Part shown: positions 40,881-53,500 of the stretch, piece by piece | Position numbering within the stretch: the first letter of the stretch is position 1 | How the letters are laid out: each line of letters begins with the position of its first letter | NCBI RefSeq assembly: GCF_009914755.1 | Contig: NC_060942.1 | Source: the human T2T-CHM13v2.0 reference genome, Homo sapiens | DNA length: 64,000 nt | Direction: 5' to 3' (one strand) | Notes under the pieces: model-generated | What the model saw: only the letters and a program-made list of their open reading frames with translations | Database searches by the model: none | Told to the model about the DNA's origin: nothing | Made by a program: the position numbers and the translations under genes

Positions 40881-41442
40881 GTAGTATCTGGAAGTGGACA
40901 TTTGGAGCGCTTTCAGGCCTACGTTGGAAAAGGAAATATCTTCCCATAACAACTAGACAGAAGCATTCTCAGAAACTAGTTTCTGATGTGTGTCCTCAAC
41001 TAAAACAGTTGTACATTTCTTTACACAGAACAGTTTTGAAACACTCTTTTTGTGGTATCTGCAAGTGGATATTGGGGTAGATTTGAGGATTTCGTTGGAA
41101 ACGGGATTACATATAAAAAGCAGACAGCAGCATTCTCAGAAAGTTCTTTGTGATGATTGCATTCAAGTCACAGAATTGAACATTCCCTTTCACAGAGCAG
41201 GTTTGAAACACTCTTTTTATAGTGTGTGTAAGTGGACATTTGGAGCGCTTTCCGGCCTAAGGTGAAAAAGGACATATCTTCCCATAAAAACTAGACAGAA
41301 GCATTCTCAGAAACTTACTCGTGATGTGTGTCCTCAACTAAAGGAGTAGAACCTTTCTATTCATAGAGAAATTTTGAAACGCTCTTTTTGTGGAATCTCC
41401 AAGTGGATATTTGGCTAGTTTTGAGCATTTCGTTGGAAGCGG
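40426..41442 (+). repeat. 6-mer HOR structural variant (1017 bp; 342-bp dimer deleted, hybrid A monomer)
   Basis: The EcoRI spacing 40426 to 41443 is 1017 bp (1359 minus 342). The monomer at ~40790-40960 begins as GTAGTATCTGG type and ends as CAGGCCTACG type, and the CACCGTTTTGAAGG monomer is absent. Confidence 0.97.
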
Positions 41443-44400
41443 GAATTCATACAAATTGCAGACTGCAGCGTTCTGAGAAACATCTTTGTGATGTTTGTAT
41501 TCAGGACACAGAGATGAACATTCCCTATCATAGAGCAGGTTGGAATCACTCCTTTTGTAGTATCTGGAAGTGGACATTTGGAGCGCTTTCAGGCCTATGT
41601 TGAAAAAGGAAATATCTTCCCATAACAACTAGACACAAGCATTCTCAGAAACTTGTTTGTGATGTGTGCCCTCTACTGACAGAGTTGAACCTTTCTTTTC
41701 ATAGAGCAGTTTTGAAACACTCTTTTATAGAATCCGCAAGAGGATATTTGCATAGCTTTGAGGATTTCGTGGGAAACGGGATTGTCTTCAGGTAAAATCT
41801 AGACAGAAGCATTCTCAGAAACTTCTTTGGGATGTTTGCATTCAAGTCACAGAGTAGAACATTCCCTTTGGTAGAGCAGGTTTGAAACACTCTTTTTGTA
41901 GTATCTGGAAGTGGACATTTGGAGCGCTTTCAGGCCCATGTTGGAAAGGGAAATATCTTCCCGTAACAACTAGGCAGAAGCATTCTCAGAAACTTATTTG
42001 AGATGTGTGTACTCAACTAAGAGAATTGAACCACCGTTTTGAAGGAGCAGTTTTGAAACCCTCTTTTTCTGGAATCTGCAAGAGTATATTTGCCTAGCCT
42101 TGAGGATTTCGTTGGAAACGGGATTGTCTTCAGATAAAATCTAGACAGAAGCATTCTCAGAAACTTCTTTGGGATGTTTGCATTCAAGTCACTGAGTAGA
42201 ACATTCCCTTTGGTAGAGCAGGTTTGAAACACTCTTTTTTTAGTATATGGAAGTGGACATTTGGAGCGCTTTCAGGCCTACGTTGTAAAAGGAAATATCT
42301 TCCCATAACAACTAGACAGAAGCATTCTCAGAAACTAGTTTCTGATGTGTGTCCTCAACTACCACAGTTGTACATTTCTTTACACAAAACAGTTTTGAAA
42401 CACTCTTTTTGTGGAATCTGCAAGTGGATATTGGGCTAGATTTGAGGATTTCGTTGGAAACGGGATTACATATAAAAAGCAGTCAGCAGCATTCTCAGAA
42501 AGTTCTTTGTGATGATTGCATTCAAGTCACAGAATTGAACATTCCCTTTCCAGAGCAGGTTTGAAACACTCTTTTTGTAGTGTGTGTAAGTGGACATTTG
42601 GAGCGCTTTCCGGCCTAAGGTGAAAAAGGACATATCTTCCCATAAAAACTAGACAGAAGCATTCTCAGAAACTTACTCGTGATGTGTGTCCTCAACTAAA
42701 GGAGTAGCACCTTTCTATTCATAGAGAAGTTTTGAAACGCTCTTTTTGTGGAATCTCCAAGTGGATATTTGGCTAGTGTTGAGGATTTCGTTGGAAGCGG
42801 GAATTCATACAAATTGCAGACTGCAGCGTTCTGAGAAACATCTTTGTGATGTTTGTATTCAGGACACAGAGATGAACATTCCCTATCATAGAGCAGGTTG
42901 GAATCACTCCTTTTGTAGTATCTGGAAGTGGACATTTGGAGCGCTTTCAGGCCTATGTTGAAAAAGGAAATATCTTCCCATAACAACTAGACACAAACAT
43001 TCTCAGAAACTTGTTTGTGATGTGTGCCCTCTACTGACAGAGTTGAACCTTTCTTTTCATAGAGCAGTTTCGAAACACTCTTTTTGTAGAATCTGCAAGA
43101 GGATATTTGCATAGCTTTGAGGATTTCGTGGGAAACGGGATTGTCTTCAGGTAAAATCTAGACAGAAGCATTCTCAGAAACTTCTTTGGGATGTTTGCAT
43201 TCAAGTCACAGAGTAGAACATTCCCTTTGGTAGAGTAGGTTTGAAACACTCTTTTTGTAGTATCTGGAAGTGGACATTTGGAGCGCTTTCAGGCCCATGT
43301 TGGAAAGGGAAATATCTTCCCGTAACAACTAGGCAGAAGCATTCTCAGAAACTTATTTGAGATGTGTGGACTCAACTAAGAGAATTGAACCACCGTTTTG
43401 AAGGAGCAGTTTTGAAACCCTCTTTTTCTGGAATCTGCAAGAGTATATTTGCCTAGCCTTGAGGATTTCGCTGGAAACGGGATTGTCTTCAGATAAAATC
43501 TAGACAGAAGCATTCTCAGAAACTTCTTTGGGATGTTTGCATTCAAGTCACAGAGTAGAACATTCCCTTTGGTAGAGCAGGTTTGAAACACTCTTTTTTT
43601 AGTATATGGAAGTGGACATTTGGAGCGCTTTCAGGCCTACGTTGGAAAAGGAAATATCTTCCCATAACAACTAGACAGAAGCATTCTCAGAAACTAGTTT
43701 CTGATGTGTGTCCTCAACTAAAACAGTTGTACATTTCTTTACACAGAACAGTTTTGAAACACTCTTTTTGTGGAATCTGCAAGTGGATATTGGGGTAGAT
43801 TTGAGGATTTCGTTGGAAACGGGATTACATATAAAAAGCAGACAGCAGCATTCTCAGAAAGTTCTTTGTGATGATTGCATTCAAGTCACAGAATTGAACA
43901 TTCCCTTTCACAGAGCAGGTTTGAAACACTCTTTTTGTAGTGTGTGTAAGTGGACATTTGGAGCGCTTTCCGGCCTAAGGTGAAAAAGGACATATCTTCC
44001 CATAAAAACTAGACAGAAGCATTCTCAGAAACTTACTCGTGATGTGTGTCCTCAACTAAAGGAGTAGAACCTTTCTATTCATAGAGAAGTTTTGAAACGC
44101 TCTTTTTGTGGAATCTCCAAGTGGATATTTGGCTAGTTTTGAGGATTTCGTTGGAAGCGGGAATTCATACAAATTGCAGACTGCAGCGTTCTGAGAAACA
44201 TCTTTGTGATGTTTGTATTCAGGACACAGAGATGAACATTCCCTATCATAGAGCAGGTTGGAATCACTCCTTTTGTAGTATCTGGAAGTGGACATTTGGA
44301 GCGCTTTCAGGCCTATGTTGAAAAAGGAAATATCTTCCCATAACAACTAGACACAAGCATTCTCAGAAACTTGTTTGTGATGTGTGCCCTCTACTGACAG

Positions 44401-44520
44401 AGTTGAACCTTTCTTTTCATAGAGCAGTTTTGAAACACTGTTTTTGTAGAATCCGCAAGAGGATATTTGCATAGCTTTGAGGATTTCGTGGGAAACGGGA
44501 TTGTCTTCAGGTAAAATCTA

Positions 44521-47500
44521 GACAGAAGCATTCTCAGAAACTTCTTTGGGATGTTTGCATTCAAGTCACAGAGTAGAACATTCCCTTTGGTAGAGCAGGT
44601 TTGAAACACTCTTTTTGTAGTATCTGGAAGTGGACATTTGGAGCGCTTTCAGGCCCATGTTGGAAAGGGAAATATCTTCCCGTAACAACTAGGCAGAAGC
44701 ATTCTCAGAAACTTATTTGAGATGTGTGTACCCAACTAAGAGAACTGAACCACCGTTTTGAAGGAGTAGTTTTGAAACACTCTTTTTCTGGAATCTGCAA
44801 GAGTATATTTGCCTAGCCTTGAGGATTTCGTTGGAAACGGGATTGTCTTCAGATAAAATCTAGACAGAAGCATTCTCAGAAACTTCTTTGAGATGTTTGC
44901 ATTCAAGTCACAGAGTAGAACATTCCCTTTGGTAGAGCAGGTTTGAAACACTCTTTTTTTAGTATATGGAAGTGGACATTTGGAGCGCTTTCAGGCCTAC
45001 GTTGGAAAAGGAAATATCTTCCCATAACAACTAGACAGAAGCATTCTCAGAAACTAGTTTCTGATGTGTGTCCTCAACTAACACAGTTGTACATTTCTTT
45101 AGACAGAACAGTTTTGAAACACTCTTTTTGTGGAATCTGCAAGTGGATATTGGGCTAGATTTGAGGATTTCGTTGGAAACGGGATTACATATAAAAAGCA
45201 GTCAGCAGCATTCTCAGAAAGTTCTTTGTGATGATTGCATTCAAGTCACAGAATTGAACATTCCCTTTCATAGAGCAGGTTTGAAACACTCTTTTTGTAG
45301 TGTGTGTAAGTGGACATTTGGAGCGCTTTCCGGCCTAAGGTGAAAAAGGACATATCTTCCCATAAAAACTAGACAGAAGCATTCTCAGAAACTTACTCGT
45401 GATGTGTGTCCTCAACTAAAGGAGTAGAACCTTTCTATTCATAGAGAAGTTTTGAAACGCTCTTTTTGTGGAATCTCCAAGTGGATATTTGGCTAGTTTT
45501 GAGGATTTCGTTGGAAGCGGGAATTCATACAAATTGCAGACTGCAGCGTTCTGAGAAACATCTTTGAGATGTTTGTATTCAAGACACAGAGATGAACATT
45601 CCCTATCATAGAGCATGTTGGAATCACTCCTTTTGTAGTATCTGGAAGTGGACATTTGGAGCGCTTTCAGGCCTATGTTGAAAAAGGAAATATCTTCCCA
45701 TAACAACTAGACACAAGCATTCTCAGAAACTTGTTTGTGATGTGTGCCCTCTACTGACAGAGTTGAACCTTTCTTTTCATAGAGCAGTTTTGAAACACTG
45801 TTTTTGTAGAATCCGCAAGAGGATATTTGCATAGCTTTGAGGATTTCGTGGGAAACGGGATTGTCTTCAGGTAAAATCTAGACAGAAGCATTCTCAGAAA
45901 CTTCTTTGGGATGTTTGCATTCAAGTCACAGAGTAGAACATTCCCTTTGGTAGAGCAGGTTTGAAACACTCTTTTTGTAGTATCTGGAAGTGGACATTTG
46001 GAGCGCTTTCAGGCCCATGTTGGAAAGGGAAATATCTTCCCGTAACAACTAGGCAGAAGCATTCTCAGAAACTTATTTGAGATGTGTGTACTCAACTAAG
46101 AGAATTGAACCACCGTTTTGAAGGAGCAGTTTTGAAACCCTCTTTTTCTGGAATCTGCAAGAGTATATTTGCCTAGCCTTGAGGATTTCGTTGGAAACGT
46201 GATTGTCTTCAGATCAAATCTAGACAGAAGCATTCTCAGAAACTTCTTTGGGATGTTTGCATTCAAGTCACAGAGTAGAACATTCCCTTTGGTAGAGCAG
46301 GTTTGAAACACTCTTTTTTTAGTATATGGAAGTGGACATTTGGAGTGCTTTCAGGCCTACGTTGGGAAAGGAAATATCTTCCCATAACAACTAGACAGAA
46401 GCATTCTCAGAAACTAGTTTCTGATGTGTGTCCTCAACTAACACAGTTGTACATTTCTTTATACAGAACAGTTTTGAAACACTCTTTTTGTGGAATCTGT
46501 AAGTGGATATTTGGCTAGATTTGAGGATTTCGTTGGAAACGGGATTACATATAAAAAGCAGACAGCAGCATTCTCAGAAAGTTCTTTGTGATGATTGCAT
46601 TCAAGTCACAGAATTGAACATTCCCTTTCACAGAGCAGGTTTGAAACACTCTTTTTGTAGTGTGTGTAAGTGGACATTTGGAGCGCTTTCCGGCCTAAGG
46701 TGAAAAAGGAAATATCTTCCCATAAAAACTAGACAGAAGCATTCTCAGAAACTTACTCGTGATGTGTGTCCTCAACTAAAGGAGTAGAACCTTTCTATTC
46801 ATAGAGAAGTTTTGAAACGCTCTTTTTGTGGAATCTCCAAGTGCATATTTGGCTAGTTTTGAGGATTTCGTTGGAAGCGGGAATTCATACAAATTGCAGA
46901 CTGCAGCGTTCTGAGAAACATCTTTGTGATGTTTGTATTCAGGACACAGAGATGAACATTCCCTATCATAGAGCAGGTTGGAATCACTCCTTTTGTAGTA
47001 TCTGGAAGTGGACATTTGGAGCGCTTTCAGGCCTATGTTGAAAAAGGAAATATCTTCCCATAACAACTAGACACAAGCATTCTCAGAAACTTGTTTGTGA
47101 TGTGTGCCCTCTACTGACAGAGTTGAACCTTTCTTTTCATAGAGCAGTTTTGAAACACTCTTTTTGTAGAATCTGCAAGAGGATATTTGCATAGCTTTGA
47201 GGATTTCGTGGGAAACGGGATTGTCTTCAGGTAAAATCTAGACAGAAGCATTCTCAGAAACTTCTTTGGGATGTTTGCATTCAAGTCACAGAGTAGAACA
47301 TTCCCTTTGGTAGAGCAGGTTTGAAACACTCTTTTTCTAGTATCTGGAAGTGGACATTTGGAGCGCTTTCAGGCCCATGTTGGAAAGGGAAATATCTTCC
47401 CGTAACAACTAGGCAGAAGCATTCTCAGAAACTTATTTGAGATGTGTGGACTCAACTAAGAGAATTGAACCACCGTTTTGAAGGAGCAGTTTTGAAACCC

Positions 47501-50500
47501 TCTTTTTCTGGAATCTGCAAGATTATATTTGCCTAGCCTTGAGGATTTCGTTGGAAACGGGATTGTCTTCAGATAAAATCTAGACAGAAGCATTCTCAGA
47601 AACTTCTTTGGGATGTTTGCATTCAAGTCACAGAGTAGAACATTCCCTTTGGTAGAGCAGGTTTGAAACACTCTTTTTTTAGTATATGGAAGTGGACATT
47701 TGGAGCGCTTTCAGGCCTACGTTGGAAAAGGAAATATCTTCCCATAACAACTAGACAGAAGCATTCTCAGAAACTAGTTTCTGATGTGTGTCCTCAACTA
47801 AAACAGTTGTACATTTCTTTACACAGAACAGTTTTGAAACACTCTTTTTGTGGAATCTGCAAGTGGATATTGGGGTAGATTTGAGGATTTCGTTGGAAAC
47901 GGGATTACATATAAAAAGCAGACAGCAGCATTCTCAGAAAGTTCTTTGTGATGATTGCATTCAAGTCACAGAATTGAACATTCCCTTTCACAGAGCAGGT
48001 TTGAAACACTCTTTTTATAGTGTGTGTAAGTGGACATTTGGAGCGCTTTCCGGCCTAAGGTGAAAAAGGACATATCTTCCCATAAAAACTAGACAGAAGC
48101 ATTCTCAGAAACTTACTCGTGATGTGTGTCCTCAACTAAAGGAGTAGAACCTTTCTATTCATAGAGAAGTTTTGAAACGCTCTTTTTGTGGAATCTCCAA
48201 GTGGATATTTGGCTAGTTTTGAGGATTTCGTTGGAAGCGGGAATTCATACAAATTGCAGACTGCAGCGTTCTGAGAAACATCTTTGTGATGTTTGTATTC
48301 AGGACACAGAGATGAACATTCCCTATCATAGAGCAGGTTGGAATCACTCCTTTTGTAGTATCTGGAAGTGGACATTTGGAGCGCTTTCAGGCCTATGTTG
48401 AAAAAGGAAATATCTTCCCATAACAACTAGACACAAGCATTCTCAGAAACTTGTTTGTGATGTGTGCCCTCTACTGACAGAGTTGAACCTTTCTTTTCAT
48501 AGAGCAGTTTTGAAACACTCTTTTATAGAATCCGCAAGAGGATATTTGCATAGCTTTGAGGATTTCGTGGGAAACGGGATTGTCTTCAGGTAAAATCTAG
48601 ACAGAAGCATTCTCAGAAACTTCTTTGGGATGTTTGCATTCAAGTCACAGAGTAGAACATTCCCTTTGGTAGAGCAGGTTTGAAACACTCTTTTTGTAGT
48701 ATCTGGAAGTGGACATTTGGAGCGCTTTCAGGCCCATGTTGGAAAGGGAAATATCTTCCCGTAACAACTAGGCAGAAGCATTCTCAGAAACTTATTTGAG
48801 ATGTGTGTACTCAACTAAGAGAATTGAACCACCGTTTTGAAGGAGCAGTTTTGAAACCCTCTTTTTCTGGAATCTGCAAGAGTATATTTGCCTAGCCTTG
48901 AGGATTTCGTTGGAAACGGGATTGTCTTCAGATAAAATCTAGACAGAAGCATTCTCAGAAACTTCTTTGGGATGTTTGCATTCAAGTCACTGAGTAGAAC
49001 ATTCCCTTTGGTAGAGCAGGTTTGAAACACTCTTTTTTTAGTATATGGAAGTGGACATTTGGAGCGCTTTCAGGCCTACGTTGTAAAAGGAAATATCTTC
49101 CCATAACAACTAGACAGAAGCATTCTCAGAAACTAGTTTCTGATGTGTGTCCTCAACTAACACAGTTGTACATTTCTTTAGACAGAACAGTTTTGAAACA
49201 CTCTTTTTGTGGAATCTGCAAGTGGATATTGGGCTAGATTTGAGGATTTCGTTGGAAACGGGATTACATATAAAAAGCAGACAGCAGCATTCTCAGAAAG
49301 TTCTTTGTGATGATTGCATTCAAGTCACAGAATTGAACATTCCCTTTCACAGAGCAGGTTTGAAACACTCTTTTTGTAGTGTGTGTAAGTGGACATTTGG
49401 AGCGCTTTCCGGCCTAAGGTGAAAAAGGAAATATCTTCCCATAAAAACTAGACAGAAGCATTCTCAGAAACTTACTCGTGATGTGTGTCCTCAACTAAAG
49501 GAGTAGAACCTTTCTATTCATAGAGAAGTTTTGAAACGCTCTTTTTGTGGAATCTCCAAGTGGATATTTGGCTAGTTTTGAGGATTTCGTTGGAAGCGGG
49601 AATTCATACAAATTGCAGACTGCAGCGTTCTGAGAAACATCTTTGTGATGTTTGTATTCAGGACACAGAGATGAACATTCCCTATCATAGAGCAGGTTGG
49701 AATCACTCCTTTTGTAGTATCTGGAAGTGGACATATGGAGCGCTTTCAGGCCTATGTTGAAAAAGGAAATATCTTCCCATAACAACTAGACACAAGCATT
49801 CTCAGAAACTTGTTTGTGATGTGTGCCCTCTACTGACAGAGTTGAACCTTTCTTTTCATAGAGCAGTTTTGAAACACTCTTTTATAGAATCCGCAAGAGG
49901 ATATTTGGATAGCTTTGAGGATTTCGTGGGAAACGGGATTGTCTTCAGGTAAAATCTAGACAGAAGCATTCTCAGAAACTTCTTTGGGATGTTTGCATTC
50001 AAGTCACAGAGTAGAACATTCCCTTTGGTAGAGCAGGTTTGAAACACTCTTTTTGTAGTATCTGGAAGTGGACATTTGGAGCGCTTTCAGGCCCATGTTG
50101 GAAAGGGAAATATCTTCCCGTAACAACTAGGCAGAAGCATTCTCAGAAACTTATTTGAGATGTGTGTACTCAACTAAGAGAATTGAACCACCGTTTTGAA
50201 GGAGCAGTTTTGAAACCCTCTTTTTCTGGAATCTGCAAGAGTATATTTGCCTAGCCTTGAGGATTTCGCTGGAAACGGGATTGTCTTCAGATAAAATCTA
50301 GACAGAAGCATTCTCAGAAACTTCTTTGGGATGTTTGCATTCAAGTCACTGAGTAGAACATTCCCTTTGGTAGAGCAGGTTTGAAACACTCTTTTTTTAG
50401 TATATGGAAGTGGACATTTGGAGCGCTTTCAGGCCTACGTTGGAAAAGGAAATATCTTCCCATAACAACTAGACAGAAGCATTCTCAGAAACTAGTTTCT

Positions 50501-53500
50501 GATGTGTGTCCTCAACTACCACAGTTGTACATTTCTTTACACAGAACAGTTTTGAAACACTCTTTTTGTGGAATCTGCAAGTGGATATTGGGCTAGATTT
50601 GAGGATTTCGTTGGAAACGGGATTACATATAAAAAGCAGTCAGCAGCATTCTCAGAAAGTTCTTTGTGATGATTGCATTCAAGTCACAGAATTGAACATT
50701 CCCTTTCCAGAGCAGGTTTGAAACACTCTTTTTGTAGTGTGTGTAAGTGGACATTTGGAGCGCTCTCCGGCCTAAGGTGAAAAAGGACATATCTTCCCAT
50801 AAAAACTAGACAGAAGCATTCTCAGAAACTTACTCGTGATGTGTGTCCTCAACTAAAGGAGTAGCACCTTTCTATTCATAGAGAAGTTTTGAAACGCTCT
50901 TTTTGTGGAATCTCCAAGTGGATATTTGGCTAGTTTTGAGGATTTCGTTGGAAGCGGGAATTCATACAAATTGCAGACTGCAGCGTTCTGAGAAACATCT
51001 TTGTGATGTTTGTATTCAGGACACAGAGATGAACATTCCCTATCATAGAGCAGGTTGGAATCACTCCTTTTGTAGTATCTGGAAGTGGACATTTGGAGCG
51101 CTTTCAGGCCTATGTTGAAAAAGGAAATATCTTCCCATAACAACTAGACACAAACATTCTCAGAAACTTGTTTGTGATGTGTGCCCTCTACTGACAGAGT
51201 TGAACCTTTCTTTTCATAGAGCAGTTTTGAAACACTCTTTTTGTAGAATCTGCAAGAGGATATTTGCATAGCTTTGAGGATTTCGTGGGAAACGGGATTG
51301 TCTTCAGGTAAAATCTAGACAGAAGCATTCTCAGAAACTTCTTTGGGATGTTTGCATTCAAGTCACAGAGTAGAACATTCCCTTTGGTAGAGTAGGTTTG
51401 AAACACTCTTTTTGTAGTATCTGGAAGTGGACATTTGGAGCGCTTTCAGGCCCATGTTGGAAAGGGAAATATCTTCCCGTAACAACTAGGCAGAAGCATT
51501 CTCAGAAACTTATTTGAGATGTGTGGACTCAACTAAGAGAATTGAACCACCGTTTTGAAGGAGCAGTTTTGAAACCCTCTTTTTCTGGAATCTGCAAGAG
51601 TATATTTGCCTAGCCTTGAGGATTTCGTTGGAAACGGGATTGTCTTCAGATAAAATCTAGACAGAAGCATTCTCAGAAACTTCTTTGGGATGTTTGCATT
51701 CAAGTCACAGAGTAGAACATTCCCTTTGGTAGAGCAGGTTTGAAACACTCTTTTTTTAGTATATGGAAGTGGACATTTGGAGCGCTTTCAGGCCTACGTT
51801 GGAAAAGGAAATATCTTCCCATAACAACTAGACAGAAGCATTCTCAGAAACTAGTTTCTGATGTGTGTCCTCAACTAAAACAGTTGTACATTTCTTTACA
51901 CAGAACAGTTTTGAAACACTCTTTTTGTGGAATCTGCAAGTGGATATTGGGGTAGATTTGAGGATTTCGTTGGAAACGGGATTACATATAAAAAGCAGTC
52001 AGCAGCATTCTCAGAAAGTTCTTTGTGATGATTGCATTCAAGTCACAGAATTGAACATTCCCTTTCCAGAGCAGGTTTGAAACACTCTTTTTGTAGTGTG
52101 TGTAAGTGGACATTTGGAGCGCTCTCCGGCCTAAGGTGAAAAAGGACATATCTTCCCATAAAAACTAGACAGAAGCATTCTCAGAAACTTACTCGTGATG
52201 TGTGTCCTCAACTAAAGGAGTAGCACCTTTCTATTCATAGAGAAGTTTTGAAACGCTCTTTTTGTGGAATCTCCAAGTGGATATTTGGCTAGTTTTGAGG
52301 ATTTCGTTGGAAGCGGGAATTCATACAAATTGCAGACTGCAGCGTTCTGAGAAACATCTTTGTGATGTTTGTATTCAGGACACAGAGATGAACATTCCCT
52401 ATCATAGAGCAGGTTGGAATCACTCCTTTTGTAGTATCTGGAAGTGGACATTTGGAGCGCTTTCAGGCCTATGTTGAAAAAGGAAATATCTTCCCATAAC
52501 AACTAGACACAAACATTCTCAGAAACTTGTTTGTGATGTGTGCCCTCTACTGACAGAGTTGAACCTTTCTTTTCATAGAGCAGTTTTGAAACACTCTTTT
52601 TGTAGAATCTGCAAGAGGATATTTGCATAGCTTTGAGGATTTCGTGGGAAACGGGATTGTCTTCAGGTAAAATCTAGACAGAAGCATTCTCAGAAACTTC
52701 TTTGGGATGTTTGCATTCAAGTCACAGAGTAGAACATTCCCTTTGGTAGAGTAGGTTTGAAACACTCTTTTTGTAGTATCTGGAAGTGGACATTTGGAGC
52801 GCTTTCAGGCCCATGTTGGAAAGGGAAATATCTTCCCGTAACAACTAGGCAGAAGCATTCTCAGAAACTTATTTGAGATGTGTGGACTCAACTAAGAGAA
52901 TTGAACCACCGTTTTGAAGGAGCAGTTTTGAAACCCTCTTTTTCTGGAATCTGCAAGAGTATATTTGCCTAGCCTTGAGGATTTCGTTGGAAACGGGATT
53001 GTCTTCAGATAAAATCTAGACAGAAGCATTCTCAGAAACTTCTTTGGGATGTTTGCATTCAAGTCACAGAGTAGAACATTCCCTTTGGTAGAGCAGGTTT
53101 GAAACACTCTTTTTTTAGTATATGGAAGTGGACATTTGGAGCGCTTTCAGGCCTACGTTGGAAAAGGAAATATCTTCCCATAACAACTAGACAGAAGCAT
53201 TCTCAGAAACTAGTTTCTGATGTGTGTCCTCAACTAAAACAGTTGTACATTTCTTTACACAGAACAGTTTTGAAACACTCTTTTTGTGGAATCTGCAAGT
53301 GGATATTGGGGTAGATTTGAGGATTTCGTTGGAAACGGGATTACATATAAAAAGCAGACAGCAGCATTCTCAGAAAGTTCTTTGTGATGATTGCATTCAA
53401 GTCACAGAATTGAACATTCCCTTTCACAGAGCAGGTTTGAAACACTCTTTTTGTAGTGTGTGTAAGTGGACATTTGGAGCGCTTTCCGGCCTAAGGTGAA

